Below are positions 16,056 to 25,174 of a stretch of DNA of 32,000 bases, one piece after another. Made by a program: the position numbers and the translations under genes. This DNA is from an uncultured Nitrososphaerota archaeon (GTDB lineage Archaea > Korarchaeota > Korarchaeia > Korarchaeales > Korarchaeaceae). How positions within the stretch are numbered: the first letter of the stretch is position 1; each line of letters starts with the position of its first letter. The DNA lies in the NCBI GenBank assembly GCA_964480775.1, contig CAYZRF010000019.1, positions 3,381 through 35,380 of the forward strand, written 5' to 3'. Under the pieces are notes generated by a model. It made no database searches. It had not been told where the DNA came from and saw only the letters and a list, made by a program, of their open reading frames with translations.

Positions 16056-17090
16056 TTGCCAAAGAGACATGCGCCAAGACATGGTTCGTTAGCTTACTAT
16101 CCCAGAAAGAGGGCTAAGACTCAGAGGGCAGTATTCAGATCATACAAGATAAAGGCAGAAAAGCCTACAATAGCAGCGTTTGCTGGCTACAAGGCAGGCA
16201 TGACCCATGTCCTTATGGTGGATGATAGACCAGGAACTCTAACTTATGGTCAGGAGGTCTCAAAGGCTGTTACTATAATCGAGGCGCCTCCATTGAAGGT
16301 AGTTGGTTTGCGTCCGTACGTAAAGACTCCTTATGGCCTTAAATCACTAACAACCATTATGAGAGTGGATCCAGATAGCGACCTTAAGAGAACATTTACA
16401 ATAGGCTCAGGAATAGATAACTTGGAAAGGAAGAAGGGATTGATAGAGAGCAGGAAGGATGAAATAGCAGAGGTTCGAATTTTAGCTCACACCCTTCCAA
16501 GACATGCAGGCATACATAAGAAAAAACCAGAACTTATGGAAATTCCTGTTGTTGGAGGAAATATTGAAGAACAGCTGGACTTTGCTTTCTCTTTGGTGGG
16601 AAAGCTAGTAAGAGTATCCGATGTCTTTAGAGAAGGGCAATTCGTAGATGTTACGGGGGTGACAAAAGGTAAGGGATTCCAAGGGGTAGTTAGAAGATTT
16701 GGAGTCGCTTTATTACCTCATAAGGCTGGAAAGAGAAGAAGAGAGGTCGGAAGCCTAGGATCCAGGCACCCTGCTTGGATAAGCTGGAGGGTTCCTAGGC
16801 CTGGGCAAATGGGATATCACAAAAGGACAGAATACAACAAGAGGATTCTCAAGATAGTTAAAGCAGATCTGGATGAAAAAGGTGTACCTAAGAGCTATCC
16901 TGATGAAATCAACTTAAAAGGTGGCTATATGAATTATGGGGTAATCAAGAGCGATGCAATAGTAATAGAAGGATCTGTTCCAGGACCTTCAAAGCGATTT
17001 TTGATGATAAGGCATGCTATTAGACCTCCTAGGACCACAGAGCTTGGAAAACCAAATATCATTCGCATAGCTCGCGTGGGAGGGGAATAA
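16056..17090 (+). CDS. rpl3: 50S ribosomal protein L3 (uL3)
   Basis: PRHGSLAYYPRKRA sits at the N-terminus, with GYKAGMTHV and TKGKGFQGVVRRFG further in. The conserved N-terminus forces a TTG start at 16056. AGGTGG lies 6 nt upstream. Confidence 0.95.
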   Translation: MPKRHAPRHGSLAYYPRKRAKTQRAVFRSYKIKAEKPTIAAFAGYKAGMTHVLMVDDRPGTLTYGQEVSKAVTIIEAPPLKVVGLRPYVKTPYGLKSLTTIMRVDPDSDLKRTFTIGSGIDNLERKKGLIESRKDEIAEVRILAHTLPRHAGIHKKKPELMEIPVVGGNIEEQLDFAFSLVGKLVRVSDVFREGQFVDVTGVTKGKGFQGVVRRFGVALLPHKAGKRRREVGSLGSRHPAWISWRVPRPGQMGYHKRTEYNKRILKIVKADLDEKGVPKSYPDEINLKGGYMNYGVIKSDAIVIEGSVPGPSKRFLMIRHAIRPPRTTELGKPNIIRIARVGGE

Positions 17091-17094
17091 GATC

Positions 17095-17886
17095 ATGAAT
17101 GAGCTAAAGAGACCCATATTCAATCTAGAGGGAGAAATAGTAGGAGAGATAGGGCTTCCAGAGGTCTTCAAGACAGACATAAGACCAGACATAATAAGAA
17201 GGGTCTATTTATCTCAATTGACAGCAAGGATTCAACCTCAGGGTAGGGATAGAAGGGCTGGCATGAGGACTTCAGCTGAGTCAAGAGGGACTGGTTTGGA
17301 TCTTGCAAGAGTACCAAGAACCAAGGGCAGGTTATACCCAGCAGCTGGAAGAGCAGCAATAGCTCCTTCTGTGAGGGGCGGTCGTGCGGCTCATCCGCCT
17401 AAAGTAGAAAAGGTGATTTGGGAGAGGGTAAACAAGAAGGAGAGGAAACTTGCGATAATGTCTGCCATAGCAGCGACCGCATCCTTGGACCTCGTAACGT
17501 CCAGACATAGGGTTAACGGAATAAAGAGTGCCCCAATAATAGTTGTAAAGGATTTAGAGCAAATCTCAAAGACAAAGGAATTGTACGATTTTCTGATAAA
17601 ACTCGGACTAAAGGATGAACTTGAGAGGACAAAGGCAAGATTTCGGAAGATAAGAAGTGGGAAGGGCAAGATGAGAGGGAGAAAGAGAGTTAGGGCTAAG
17701 GGCCCTCTAGTGATTTACAAGGAAAATCCGACAATATTCCTAGCTGCTAGGAATATTCCTGGCGTGGATGTTGTGCACGTTAATAATCTTAGCATCATAC
17801 ATCTGGCACCAGGAGGAGTTTCAGGAAGGCTTGCAATCTGGTCAGAACCCGCATTAACTGCTTTAAGGGAGAGGTTTGGAGGGTGA
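17095..17886 (+). CDS. rpl4: 50S ribosomal protein L4 (uL4)
   Basis: The match follows the typical archaeal L4 pattern (RAGMRTSAESRGTGLDLARVPR, GGRAAHPPK) and the gene sits between L3 and L23. Confidence 0.95.
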   Translation: MNELKRPIFNLEGEIVGEIGLPEVFKTDIRPDIIRRVYLSQLTARIQPQGRDRRAGMRTSAESRGTGLDLARVPRTKGRLYPAAGRAAIAPSVRGGRAAHPPKVEKVIWERVNKKERKLAIMSAIAATASLDLVTSRHRVNGIKSAPIIVVKDLEQISKTKELYDFLIKLGLKDELERTKARFRKIRSGKGKMRGRKRVRAKGPLVIYKENPTIFLAARNIPGVDVVHVNNLSIIHLAPGGVSGRLAIWSEPALTALRERFGG

Positions 17887-17892
17887 GCTTAT

Positions 17893-18159
17893 ATGGAGTT
17901 CGATCCTTACTCAATTTTAATAAGGCCCATAGCTTCAGAGAAAGCAGTAGGAATGATTGAAAGGGAGAACAAGCTTGTCTTTATAGTTCAAAGAAAGGCA
18001 AACAAACAAATCATAAAGAGAGCCGTGGAAGAAGCCTTTGGTGTCAGAGTGGAGAGTGTTAGAACGTTGATAACGCCGCAAGGCATGAAAAAAGCATATG
18101 TTAAGCTTAAACCAGAGTTCAAAGCGAGCGATGTAGCCTCAAGATTGGGAATCTTGTGA
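17893..18159 (+). CDS. rpl23: 50S ribosomal protein L23 (uL23)
   Basis: The protein is 88 aa. Supporting matches are [36 protein letters not shown] and KKAYVKL. The operon position is as expected. Confidence 0.9.
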   Translation: MEFDPYSILIRPIASEKAVGMIERENKLVFIVQRKANKQIIKRAVEEAFGVRVESVRTLITPQGMKKAYVKLKPEFKASDVASRLGIL

Positions 18160-18169
18160 GGGGAGTTAA

Positions 18170-18910
18170 ATGGGTAAAAGAATACTTGTACAAAGAAAAG
18201 GGAGAGGAGGCATACAATTTAGGGCTAGAGATCATCTAAAAGTGGGCCCTGCGAAGTACCCGCCTCTATATTTGGATCGGACAGTCAAGGGTGTTATAAA
18301 GGAGTTTATTCATGAGCCAGGTAGGTGGACCCCCTTAGCTAAGGTTCAGCTTGAAACGGGTGAAGAATTCATTTATATTCCTCCAGAAGGGGTTTACCTT
18401 GGTAAAACAGTTGAAATTGGTTATAAGGCATCATTAGAGCCTGGAAACGTGCTTCCTCTTTCTGAAATACCCGAAGGAACACCAGTCTGTAATGTAGAGC
18501 TTAGGTATGGTGATGGAGGTAAAATTGCAAGGAGAAGTGGTGCTTTTGCAACTATTTTCTCAAAAGAGAAAGGAAAGGTTATACTAAGGCTGCCATCGGG
18601 CAAAACAAAGGTCGTCGATGAGAAGAGCAGAGCAACGATTGGGATAATTGCTGGCGGTGGAAGGCCAGAAAAACCGCTTCTAAAGGCAGCGGCTGCTCAT
18701 TACAAGGAAAGAGTCCATCCAAAGCGATGGCCTAGAGTTAGAGGAGTGGCCATGAACCCCGTGAGTCATCCTCACGGTGGAGGATCTCATGCCAGACCAG
18801 GAGCGCCCACTTCAGTCAGCAGAGGCGCACCTCCAGGAGCCAAGGTCGGTCATATAGCTGCTCGCAAGACTGGACGTGCTAAGAAGAGGAGAGGCACAAG
18901 GAGGAGGTAA
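18170..18910 (+). CDS. rpl2: 50S ribosomal protein L2 (uL2)
   Basis: Supporting matches are [47 protein letters not shown] and a basic C-terminal tail. Confidence 0.95.
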   Translation: MGKRILVQRKGRGGIQFRARDHLKVGPAKYPPLYLDRTVKGVIKEFIHEPGRWTPLAKVQLETGEEFIYIPPEGVYLGKTVEIGYKASLEPGNVLPLSEIPEGTPVCNVELRYGDGGKIARRSGAFATIFSKEKGKVILRLPSGKTKVVDEKSRATIGIIAGGGRPEKPLLKAAAAHYKERVHPKRWPRVRGVAMNPVSHPHGGGSHARPGAPTSVSRGAPPGAKVGHIAARKTGRAKKRRGTRRR

Positions 18911-18959
18911 AGTAGAAAGACATAAAAACCTCAATTATACTCTTGGATGTGATAGACCA

Positions 18960-19355
18960 ATGCCAAAAGAATTCACATATCACGGTCGAACGCTTGATGA
19001 ACTCCAGAACTTATCAATAGAAGAGTTAGCAGAGCTAATGCCTGCTAGAATCAGAAGAACCCTAAGAAGAGGCCTTTCTCTAGAAAATAAGAAGCTTTTG
19101 GAGAAAATAAGGAAGTACAAGAAAATGGGAATCAACAAAGTGATAAGAACTCATAGAAGAGACTTTCCCGTTCTCCCAGAGATGGTTGGTGCGAAGGTTG
19201 CTGTGCATGATGGTAAGAACTTTGTAGAAATTGAAATAAAACCGGAAATGATTGGACATTATCTAGGAGAATTTGCGATGACCAACAAAGTAGTTCGCCA
19301 CGGATCTCCTGGAAAAGGAGCAACACGTAGCAGCAAGTATATTCCTCTCAAGTAA
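18960..19355 (+). CDS. rps19: 30S ribosomal protein S19 (uS19)
   Basis: Supporting matches are [19 protein letters not shown]...[27 protein letters not shown] and [13 protein letters not shown] 18960 is chosen because the track start 18876 overlaps the L2 3' end and adds non-conserved residues. Confidence 0.9.
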   Translation: MPKEFTYHGRTLDELQNLSIEELAELMPARIRRTLRRGLSLENKKLLEKIRKYKKMGINKVIRTHRRDFPVLPEMVGAKVAVHDGKNFVEIEIKPEMIGHYLGEFAMTNKVVRHGSPGKGATRSSKYIPLK

Positions 19356-19371
19356 TACCCCAATCGATGGG

Positions 19372-19385
19372 TTTCTTTTGTTTTT
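19372..19385 (+). terminator. Oligo-T tract, candidate archaeal terminator of the L3-S19 transcription unit
   Basis: TTTCTTTTGTTTTT begins 17 nt after the S19 TAA stop. Archaeal RNA polymerase terminates at T-runs. Confidence 0.35.
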
Positions 19386-19457
19386 ATAGCTTTAAGAGAA
19401 AAGTGATCAGTTTGTAGAGAACGAGAACAATGTGTAGTAAATTTAAGTTGGCGCATA

Positions 19458-19465
19458 CTTATAAT
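19458..19465 (+). promoter_or_regulatory. Candidate TATA box for tRNA-Ser
   Basis: CTTATAAT is centred about 26-27 nt upstream of the mature tRNA 5' end at 19488. Confidence 0.4.
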
Positions 19466-19487
19466 TGGGTTAGCACCTTCTTCTCTC

Positions 19488-19575
19488 GCCGGGGTAGCCA
19501 AGTCCGGACCAAGGCGCCGGCCTTGAGAGCCGGTGGCCCATTCGGGCCGCGTGGGTTCAAATCCCACCCCCGGCG
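19488..19575 (+). tRNA. tRNA-Ser (anticodon UGA), class II, no encoded CCA, no intron
   Basis: The sequence reads GCCGGGG-TA-GCCAAGTCCGGACCAAGGC-G-CCGGC-CTTGAGA-GCCGG-TGGCCCATTCGGGCCGC-GTGGG-TTCAAAT-CCCAC-CCCCGGC-G. All stems are perfect. It is followed by TTACC rather than CCA. Confidence 0.9.
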
Positions 19576-19671
19576 TTACCCAATTAGTTTCTACAAATAT
19601 AAGCAGGAAAGAAACTCACATCACTTAAAATTAAGATAAAAATGGTTCAAAACACAATATTTCTTCTGAGA

Positions 19672-19986
19672 CTATGCCATCATAACAATGCTAACCTTCA
19701 CATCATCAGGTATCGTTATGCCCATTATTTTTCTTATGAACCTTTCATCTGGATTAAGGACATCTATTATCCTCTTATGTATTCTCAGCTCATACCTGTC
19801 GAACTTATTGGTTCCTTCCCCTGAAGGGTTCCTTAAAGTAGTAATCCTTAATCTCTTAGTTGGAAGCGGAATTGGACCCTTAATTCTTACTCCCATCTTT
19901 TCGCCAGCTTCTTTGAATTCTCTACTGACCTTTTGCAAGCTTTCAACGTTAGTGCTAACTAATTCTATCCTTAGTTTCTCTACCAT
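19672..19986 (-). CDS. rps10: 30S ribosomal protein S10 (uS10)
   Basis: The protein is 104 aa. Supporting matches are LRIELVSTNVESL, GPIPLPTKRLRITTLRNPSGEGTNKFDRYELRIHKRIID. The gene lies immediately downstream of tuf, as in most archaea. Confidence 0.95.
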   Translation of the reverse strand: MVEKLRIELVSTNVESLQKVSREFKEAGEKMGVRIKGPIPLPTKRLRITTLRNPSGEGTNKFDRYELRIHKRIIDVLNPDERFIRKIMGITIPDDVKVSIVMMA

Positions 19987-20047
19987 CGAAATCCCCTCAA
20001 AGATCCATTAGAGTTACAGTTAAAAAACAAAGGTAAGGAGGGGGAAG

Positions 20048-21316
20048 TTACTTCCCTCTTGCCACTGGTTTGACATCCAGTACTATGCCTGCACCTACAG
20101 TCATTCCCATGTCTCTTATGGCGAATCTGCCTAGTGGTGGAAATTCGCTGTATTTCTCAATGACAAACGGCTTTAGAGGCTTAAATCTCACTATAGCAGC
20201 GTCTCCTTTCTTTATGAAGCTTGGATGCTCTTCGATAGTTTGTCCAGAGCTCGGATCTATCTTCCTAACTATTTCCTCTAGCCTTGCGGCGAAGTGGCCT
20301 GTGTGAGCGTGAATGACGGGTGTATATCCAGGAGCTATTGCTGTTGGATGCTGCAGAACCACGATTTGAGCTGTAAACTCTTCGGCTACGGTTGGAGGGT
20401 TCTTGGGATCGCCTAGGACGTCTCCTCTCTTCAACTCCTTCTTTGAAATTCCCTTTAGGTTAACTCCAACGTTATCCCCAGGTTCTGCCTTAGGCAATCT
20501 TTGATGGTGCATCTCTATGGTCTTAACTTCGACCATTTTGTTTATTGGTTCTATAATGGCCTGAGTATCGGGTTTAAGGACGCCAGTTTCCACCCTTCCT
20601 ACAGCAACCACGCCTACACCAGTAATTGTGTAAACGTCTTGTATTGGAAGCCTGAGAGGCTTGTCCACTGGTTTTGGTGGGGCTTCTAATGTATCAAAGA
20701 GATCATATAATGTGGGTCCTGTATACCAAGGCATTTTCTCGCTTCTCTTTGCAACGTTATCTCCTACTAGGCCGCTTACTGGAACGAATGGTATCTTTGA
20801 TGGATCATATCCCACCCTAGATAGGAGTTCTGAGACCTGTTCTTTTACCTCCTCAAACCTTTCTTTGCTATAGTTCACAGTTGCCTCGTCCATCTTGTTG
20901 ATGGCGACTATTAGTTGTCTAACACCAAGAGTTCTTGCAAGGAATACGTGCTCAATGGTTTGAGCTTGGACACCTTCTCCTCTCTTAGCGGAGACTACAA
21001 GAACTGCACCGTCTGCTTGGCTGGCTCCGGTGATCATGTTCTTAACGAAGTCTCTGTGCCCAGGAGCGTCTATTATAGTAATCATTTTCCTTGGAGTTTC
21101 TATCTTCGTGTGGAAGAGATCTATCGTTAGACCTCTTTCTCTTTCCTCCTTTAGTCTGTCCACTACCCAAGCGAAAACCGCGTCAGAGGCCTCCTCTTCC
21201 GAAGGCAACTGTTTTACTAATCCCAAGTCATAGAACATCCTACCTATGATGGTCGATTTACCGTGATCTACGTGTCCTATAAAGACCACATTTACATGTT
21301 CTTTTTGAGCGGACAT
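20048..21316 (-). CDS. tuf: Translation elongation factor aEF-1alpha
   Basis: GHVDHGKST (G1), DAPGHRDF (G3) and NKMD (G4) are present, and the protein is full-length and colinear with the family. ATG 21316 is preceded by GGTG at 6-nt spacing and is preferred over the track GTG at 21334. Confidence 0.95.
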   Translation of the reverse strand: MSAQKEHVNVVFIGHVDHGKSTIIGRMFYDLGLVKQLPSEEEASDAVFAWVVDRLKEERERGLTIDLFHTKIETPRKMITIIDAPGHRDFVKNMITGASQADGAVLVVSAKRGEGVQAQTIEHVFLARTLGVRQLIVAINKMDEATVNYSKERFEEVKEQVSELLSRVGYDPSKIPFVPVSGLVGDNVAKRSEKMPWYTGPTLYDLFDTLEAPPKPVDKPLRLPIQDVYTITGVGVVAVGRVETGVLKPDTQAIIEPINKMVEVKTIEMHHQRLPKAEPGDNVGVNLKGISKKELKRGDVLGDPKNPPTVAEEFTAQIVVLQHPTAIAPGYTPVIHAHTGHFAARLEEIVRKIDPSSGQTIEEHPSFIKKGDAAIVRFKPLKPFVIEKYSEFPPLGRFAIRDMGMTVGAGIVLDVKPVARGK

Positions 21317-21471
21317 ATCAACACCTTTCTCCACTTTTTAATAGCTGCAGGCGTAAATCTTATGCTTTCCATTTAAAAAATTCACCCTCAATAACATACC
21401 CATACTACAAAGAGTTCATCTTTAGGGTTTTATTATCTTGAATAAATCATGGGAACCATGGTGGTCTTGAG

Positions 21472-21903
21472 ATGAACACAAAGAAATTGGATGATTTGAA
21501 AAACTGGGCTGCCCTAATAATAGCATGGGCTGCGGTTTTTCCAGCCCTCCTATTATTCTTAGATGTTTGGTTTGCAGGAAAAACTAAGCCAAGAGGTCTC
21601 TCTGGTCCATTAACTAATCTCTTAGCGATGTTCTTAGCTATTATGGTTTTTTTAATGGTAGATAGGGTCTCCAAGCTATTTGCAAGAATGCAAGACATGG
21701 GTAGCCTTAGAAAATCCTTTATAGTGGCCATATTAATGACTTTAACGGGAATATCTTTACCGAGCACGACTTCCATTTATGCACGACCTAGTGACACATT
21801 TCTAATGGCCTTCTCTTTTACGGTCATGTCTTATAGCACACTATCTGTTCTTTGGAAAAGATTCAGTGAAGCCGCAGAGAGGTTAAATGATCAATTACTT
21901 TAG
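21472..21903 (+). CDS. Hypothetical small membrane protein (about 4 TM helices)
   Basis: The ATG is preceded by GGTGG at about 8-nt spacing, and four hydrophobic segments are present. The competing antisense ORF 21447..21776 is shorter and has no SD. No family was recognised. Confidence 0.45.
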   Translation: MNTKKLDDLKNWAALIIAWAAVFPALLLFLDVWFAGKTKPRGLSGPLTNLLAMFLAIMVFLMVDRVSKLFARMQDMGSLRKSFIVAILMTLTGISLPSTTSIYARPSDTFLMAFSFTVMSYSTLSVLWKRFSEAAERLNDQLL

Positions 21904-21909
21904 GAAAAG

Positions 21910-22929
21910 CTACAGAAACCCAGAACTCCTTATTGATAAGGAGGAATCTGTTAAATTCATCGATGTTAACGCATCTGTTGAGCTAGAAATAGCTCTTATG
22001 GCATCAATGTTCTCAGGTATAACTATGGCCTCCTGGTGAATTGCCTGCATTAGATACAACCACTCTCCGTCCGCATGTATAGAGTCTATCCAAACCAAGT
22101 TCTCGTAAACATCCGATCTCGGGCGCCCCATTTCTCTGCTAAAGTCAAATAGCTTTGCAGTGCTCCCTAGCCTATCTTTTGAGGAAATCAGAACGATTCT
22201 TCTTGCCCCTTCAAGGACATCTATGACATCTCTTGAACTTACTTTGTTTCTAAGCTTGATGGATATTACATGGACATGGAAATGAGTTGTGGGAACCTTA
22301 ACTGCAAAAGAAACTACATCTATTTTTCCTAAGACAGTATTGAGATCCTTCGCATGGTGAGAGATGCCAAAAGATGGAACTACACAATCTACTAATCCTT
22401 TCTCATCTTGATTTGGGTCAACAGATCTCCTCACAAGAAAAACAACTGCCTTATCTATCTCATACTCCTGATCTATTGCGTGTAGAAGCCTTGAGAGTCC
22501 CGTTGTATTGCAGGATACAACTCTAAGGAACTGCTTTCCTATGGCTTTTTCATAATTTACTTGGGCGACGAAGCTTAGATCAGCTACCTCTGGAGGCTCT
22601 CCGCCTTGAAAGATCGCTTTTAAGGCTTTACTCTCATAAAGCTTTTTGTTATGCATCCCCACGCCGTTTGGAGTAGCATCAATCACTAAGTCGCATTCTT
22701 CAAGCAGTTGAGGTGTGATTCCGTGGAATTCGACGCCTCTTTCATGCCACAAATGGGCAACATCTTCGTCTGGTATGAAGAAGCGTAATCCCTTTGAAAG
22801 GCCCATTTTTACGGAGTAGTCTGGAGTCTTCTTAGCAATTCCAATTAATTCCATGTCTGGTTGCTTGAGAATAGCATCAACTATCCTTTTACCTATTGTC
22901 CCGTATCCTACAACTCCTACGCGAATCAA
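21910..22929 (-). CDS. gap: Glyceraldehyde-3-phosphate dehydrogenase, archaeal type (phosphorylating)
   Basis: The N-terminus is IRVGVVGYGTIGKR and the active site is VVSCNTTGLSRLL. The length and colinearity are archaeal-type. The conserved N-terminus forces a TTG start that overlaps the pgk stop (TTGA). Confidence 0.9.
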   Translation of the reverse strand: MIRVGVVGYGTIGKRIVDAILKQPDMELIGIAKKTPDYSVKMGLSKGLRFFIPDEDVAHLWHERGVEFHGITPQLLEECDLVIDATPNGVGMHNKKLYESKALKAIFQGGEPPEVADLSFVAQVNYEKAIGKQFLRVVSCNTTGLSRLLHAIDQEYEIDKAVVFLVRRSVDPNQDEKGLVDCVVPSFGISHHAKDLNTVLGKIDVVSFAVKVPTTHFHVHVISIKLRNKVSSRDVIDVLEGARRIVLISSKDRLGSTAKLFDFSREMGRPRSDVYENLVWIDSIHADGEWLYLMQAIHQEAIVIPENIDAIRAISSSTDALTSMNLTDSSLSIRSSGFL

Positions 22930-24131
22930 TGTCTAACCTCCCTTAGGGCGTCAATTGCGGGCATCGGAAGCCCAGCTATCTTGAACATCAAAGCCCCTCC
23001 CGCTGTAAAAACCCTTTTTCCCTCTGGAAGGGCTCCAACCATTCTTGCAGCCGCGCTTAAGTGCCCTCCGCATAACACCAGTTCCTTTGAAACTTCAATG
23101 GCGGCTTTTACGAAATCCAATGTCCCTCTCCTAAAACGAGGATTTTCGAAGATGCCCATAGGACCATTAGCTATAACCAAGTCAGCTTCCTTCATCCGTT
23201 CTTTAAATAACTCCACGGTTCCTGGTCCTATGTCTACGATTTTGGCATCGTCTGGGACAGAATATACTGGAACTATCTCAGTTTTCTCATTTCTTAAAAC
23301 CACAAAATCTACAGGATAGAAAATCCTTCCTCTAAATCTTCTCAAAGAATCGCTCGCCACTGGCAAGATAAGGGCAAGATCTTTGAATACTTCCCTGCTT
23401 TTTCCCACAGAATGACCTGCCGCCATGCAAATAAGAACTCCCACTAAACCCCCAACTAATACCTCCTGAGCCCTATTTGTAGCGAGGGCGTGAATCATCA
23501 CGTTAAACTTATCGGTTATTTTACCTCCCCCTAAAATATAGACCCTTCTTCCATCACTATTCTCCAAACCTTCTGTTTCTATCAGCATTCTCTCCATTAT
23601 TCGTCCAGCCGCAGAAGGCATCAAATATGGAAAGCCTATAAGGCTGGGCTGGCTCCTATGGGAGGCGTGGAAGGCATCATTAACGTAAACATCAAACAAA
23701 GGAGCCAACCTCCTTACAAGGGTCGTATTTATGGCTTTTTCAGGGGGAAGTTCTAGATTTTCTTCTGCGTTAAACCTTAGATTCTCTAATAGCACCAATT
23801 CTCCAGGTTTAACATTACTTATCGCATCTCTAGCGCATTTACAAGCTATACCATCGATTTTCTCCACATGCGTTCCAAGCTCTTTGCTGAGTAGTTCTGC
23901 GTGAAAGTTTGTAGGTACAAAGTCTCTGGAACCGGGCTTACCTTGATGAGTTCCTACCACCAATTTTGCATCATTGTCTATGAGTTCTTTGATTGTAACT
24001 ACTGCTTCCTTAATTTTCGTTGCATCTATGACTTTTCCTTCCTCATCTAGTGGAACATTCATGTCAGAACGGAGGAAAACTCGTTTTCCATGCAATTCTA
24101 AATCATCTAGCGTAGGTATGGTCGTGGTCAT
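22926..24131 (-). CDS. pgk: Phosphoglycerate kinase
   Basis: Supporting matches are TLDDLELHGKRVFLRSDMNVP, the NLRF pattern in LENLRFNAEE, ILGGGKITDK and GGGAL-type C-terminal motifs. ATG 24131 matches the conserved N-terminus, whereas the track TTG at 24152 adds 7 residues. Confidence 0.9.
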   Translation of the reverse strand: MTTTIPTLDDLELHGKRVFLRSDMNVPLDEEGKVIDATKIKEAVVTIKELIDNDAKLVVGTHQGKPGSRDFVPTNFHAELLSKELGTHVEKIDGIACKCARDAISNVKPGELVLLENLRFNAEENLELPPEKAINTTLVRRLAPLFDVYVNDAFHASHRSQPSLIGFPYLMPSAAGRIMERMLIETEGLENSDGRRVYILGGGKITDKFNVMIHALATNRAQEVLVGGLVGVLICMAAGHSVGKSREVFKDLALILPVASDSLRRFRGRIFYPVDFVVLRNEKTEIVPVYSVPDDAKIVDIGPGTVELFKERMKEADLVIANGPMGIFENPRFRRGTLDFVKAAIEVSKELVLCGGHLSAAARMVGALPEGKRVFTAGGALMFKIAGLPMPAIDALREVRH

Positions 24132-24245
24132 CGCATCACCCCATAATAACAATCAACATATTATTATATAGAATCTAAATATCAATGATAGATATATGTT
24201 AATCTTGAAGACGTGATTAAAGCTTCCTTATATACACAGCATAAG

Positions 24246-25064
24246 TTATGCTGTTGCAACAGCTCCACTCAGAGAATCTTTACACGGGCACTTTCTCTTT
24301 TTTGGTAAGAGATGAACGCTTTCTAAGATAATACTCTTTACTTGCTCTATTCTATTAGAGAAGATCCCTTTTACCTCTTCATGCGTTAATTTTCTGTCTC
24401 CTCCGATACCCGCTGCATAATTGGTCACAACTGCTAAAGTTGCATAACAAATAGATAGTTCCCTAGCTAAAGCTGCTTCAGGACATCCAGTCATTCCAAC
24501 AAGATCCCCGCCCATAATTCTAAATGCTCTAATTTCTGCCGGGGTTTCAAATCTATTTCCCTCCGCACAAACATAGATCCCCCCATCTTTGATCTGTAAA
24601 CCCCTTTTATTTCCTGCTTTAAGTAGAGCGGCTCTTATCTCGGGGCAATAAGTGCTTGGAGTCATTGAGACATGAACCACGCCCTTTACTTCCCTCCCTT
24701 GGACATGAAGAATTGTTTTTCCGTCATAAAACGAGTAAACCCTTCCCTTAGTCATATCTATGAAATCGTTAGGAACTACTATTGTTCCTGGTTCAAGTTC
24801 TTCTCTTAGGGAACCAACCGCGTTCGTAGCTATGACTCGCTCAACTCCAAGGAGATTAAGTGCGTACAGATTCCCCCTATAATTCACCGCAAATGGAGGT
24901 ATCGAGTGCTTCTTACCATGTCTCGGTATAAAGGCAACTTCTTCCCCAGCCACTCGTCCAATAAATACTTTAACATCACCAAAAGGGGTCTTAACGACCT
25001 CAGTAGTGCTTCCCTCAATAAGTTCGTAAATTCCGCTTCCTCCTATTATCCCTATTCTAGGCAT
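24246..25064 (-). CDS. mtnP: S-methyl-5'-thioadenosine phosphorylase (MTAP)
   Basis: Supporting matches are IGIIGGSGIY, FIPRHGKKHSIPPFAVNYRGN, ATNAVGSL and GMTGCPEAALARE. The C-terminal tail contains a Cys-Pro-Cys motif. Confidence 0.9.
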   Translation of the reverse strand: MPRIGIIGGSGIYELIEGSTTEVVKTPFGDVKVFIGRVAGEEVAFIPRHGKKHSIPPFAVNYRGNLYALNLLGVERVIATNAVGSLREELEPGTIVVPNDFIDMTKGRVYSFYDGKTILHVQGREVKGVVHVSMTPSTYCPEIRAALLKAGNKRGLQIKDGGIYVCAEGNRFETPAEIRAFRIMGGDLVGMTGCPEAALARELSICYATLAVVTNYAAGIGGDRKLTHEEVKGIFSNRIEQVKSIILESVHLLPKKRKCPCKDSLSGAVATA

Positions 25065-25159
25065 TCTCTTCTCCCCCTTTGCCTAAAGTCTGGGGATTAC
25101 CTTTATATATCATACTAAAGGAATCGTATTCTGGCTAGTTAAGATGAGATCGTAGATAT

Positions 25160-25171
25160 GGAGGAGGTGAT
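25160..25171 (+). promoter_or_regulatory. Strong Shine-Dalgarno element of the thermosome gene
   Basis: GGAGGAGGTGAT ends 3 nt before ATG 25175 and is complementary to the canonical archaeal 16S 3' end. An AT-rich element CTTTATATATC (25101-25111) further upstream is a candidate TATA box. Confidence 0.5.
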
Positions 25172-25174
25172 ATA

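Noticed and set aside
19586-19616. A hairpin (AGTTTCT, 17-nt loop, AGAAACT) lies between the convergent tRNA-Ser and rps10. Nearby are a GTGATGT C-box-like motif on the minus strand and a GTGATCA near 19410.
   Set aside because: No properly spaced C/D (RUGAUGA...CUGA) or H/ACA (ACA) box arrangement is present. The stem is weak and AT-rich. At most it is a terminator-associated structure, so it is not called as an ncRNA.
19259-19639. ORFs 19259..19567 (-) and 19430..19639 (+) lie in the S19 to S10 spacer.
   Set aside because: Both run through the tRNA-Ser gene (GC-rich stems give Gly/Pro/Arg-rich translations). The tRNA fold fully explains this region.
21447-21776. A 109-aa minus-strand ORF between gap and tuf would fit the strand of its neighbours.
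   Set aside because: It is shorter than the overlapping plus-strand ORF and has no SD. The plus ORF has a GGTGG-ATG arrangement and four clean TM segments. This is still only a moderate-confidence choice.
24155-24200. A 7-bp inverted repeat, AACATAT ... ATATGTT, lies 32 nt apart in the pgk-gap upstream region and could be a glycolytic regulator site.
   Set aside because: It is short and sits in an extremely AT-rich promoter region, so chance occurrence is likely. I found no second copy upstream of other sugar-metabolism genes in the window.
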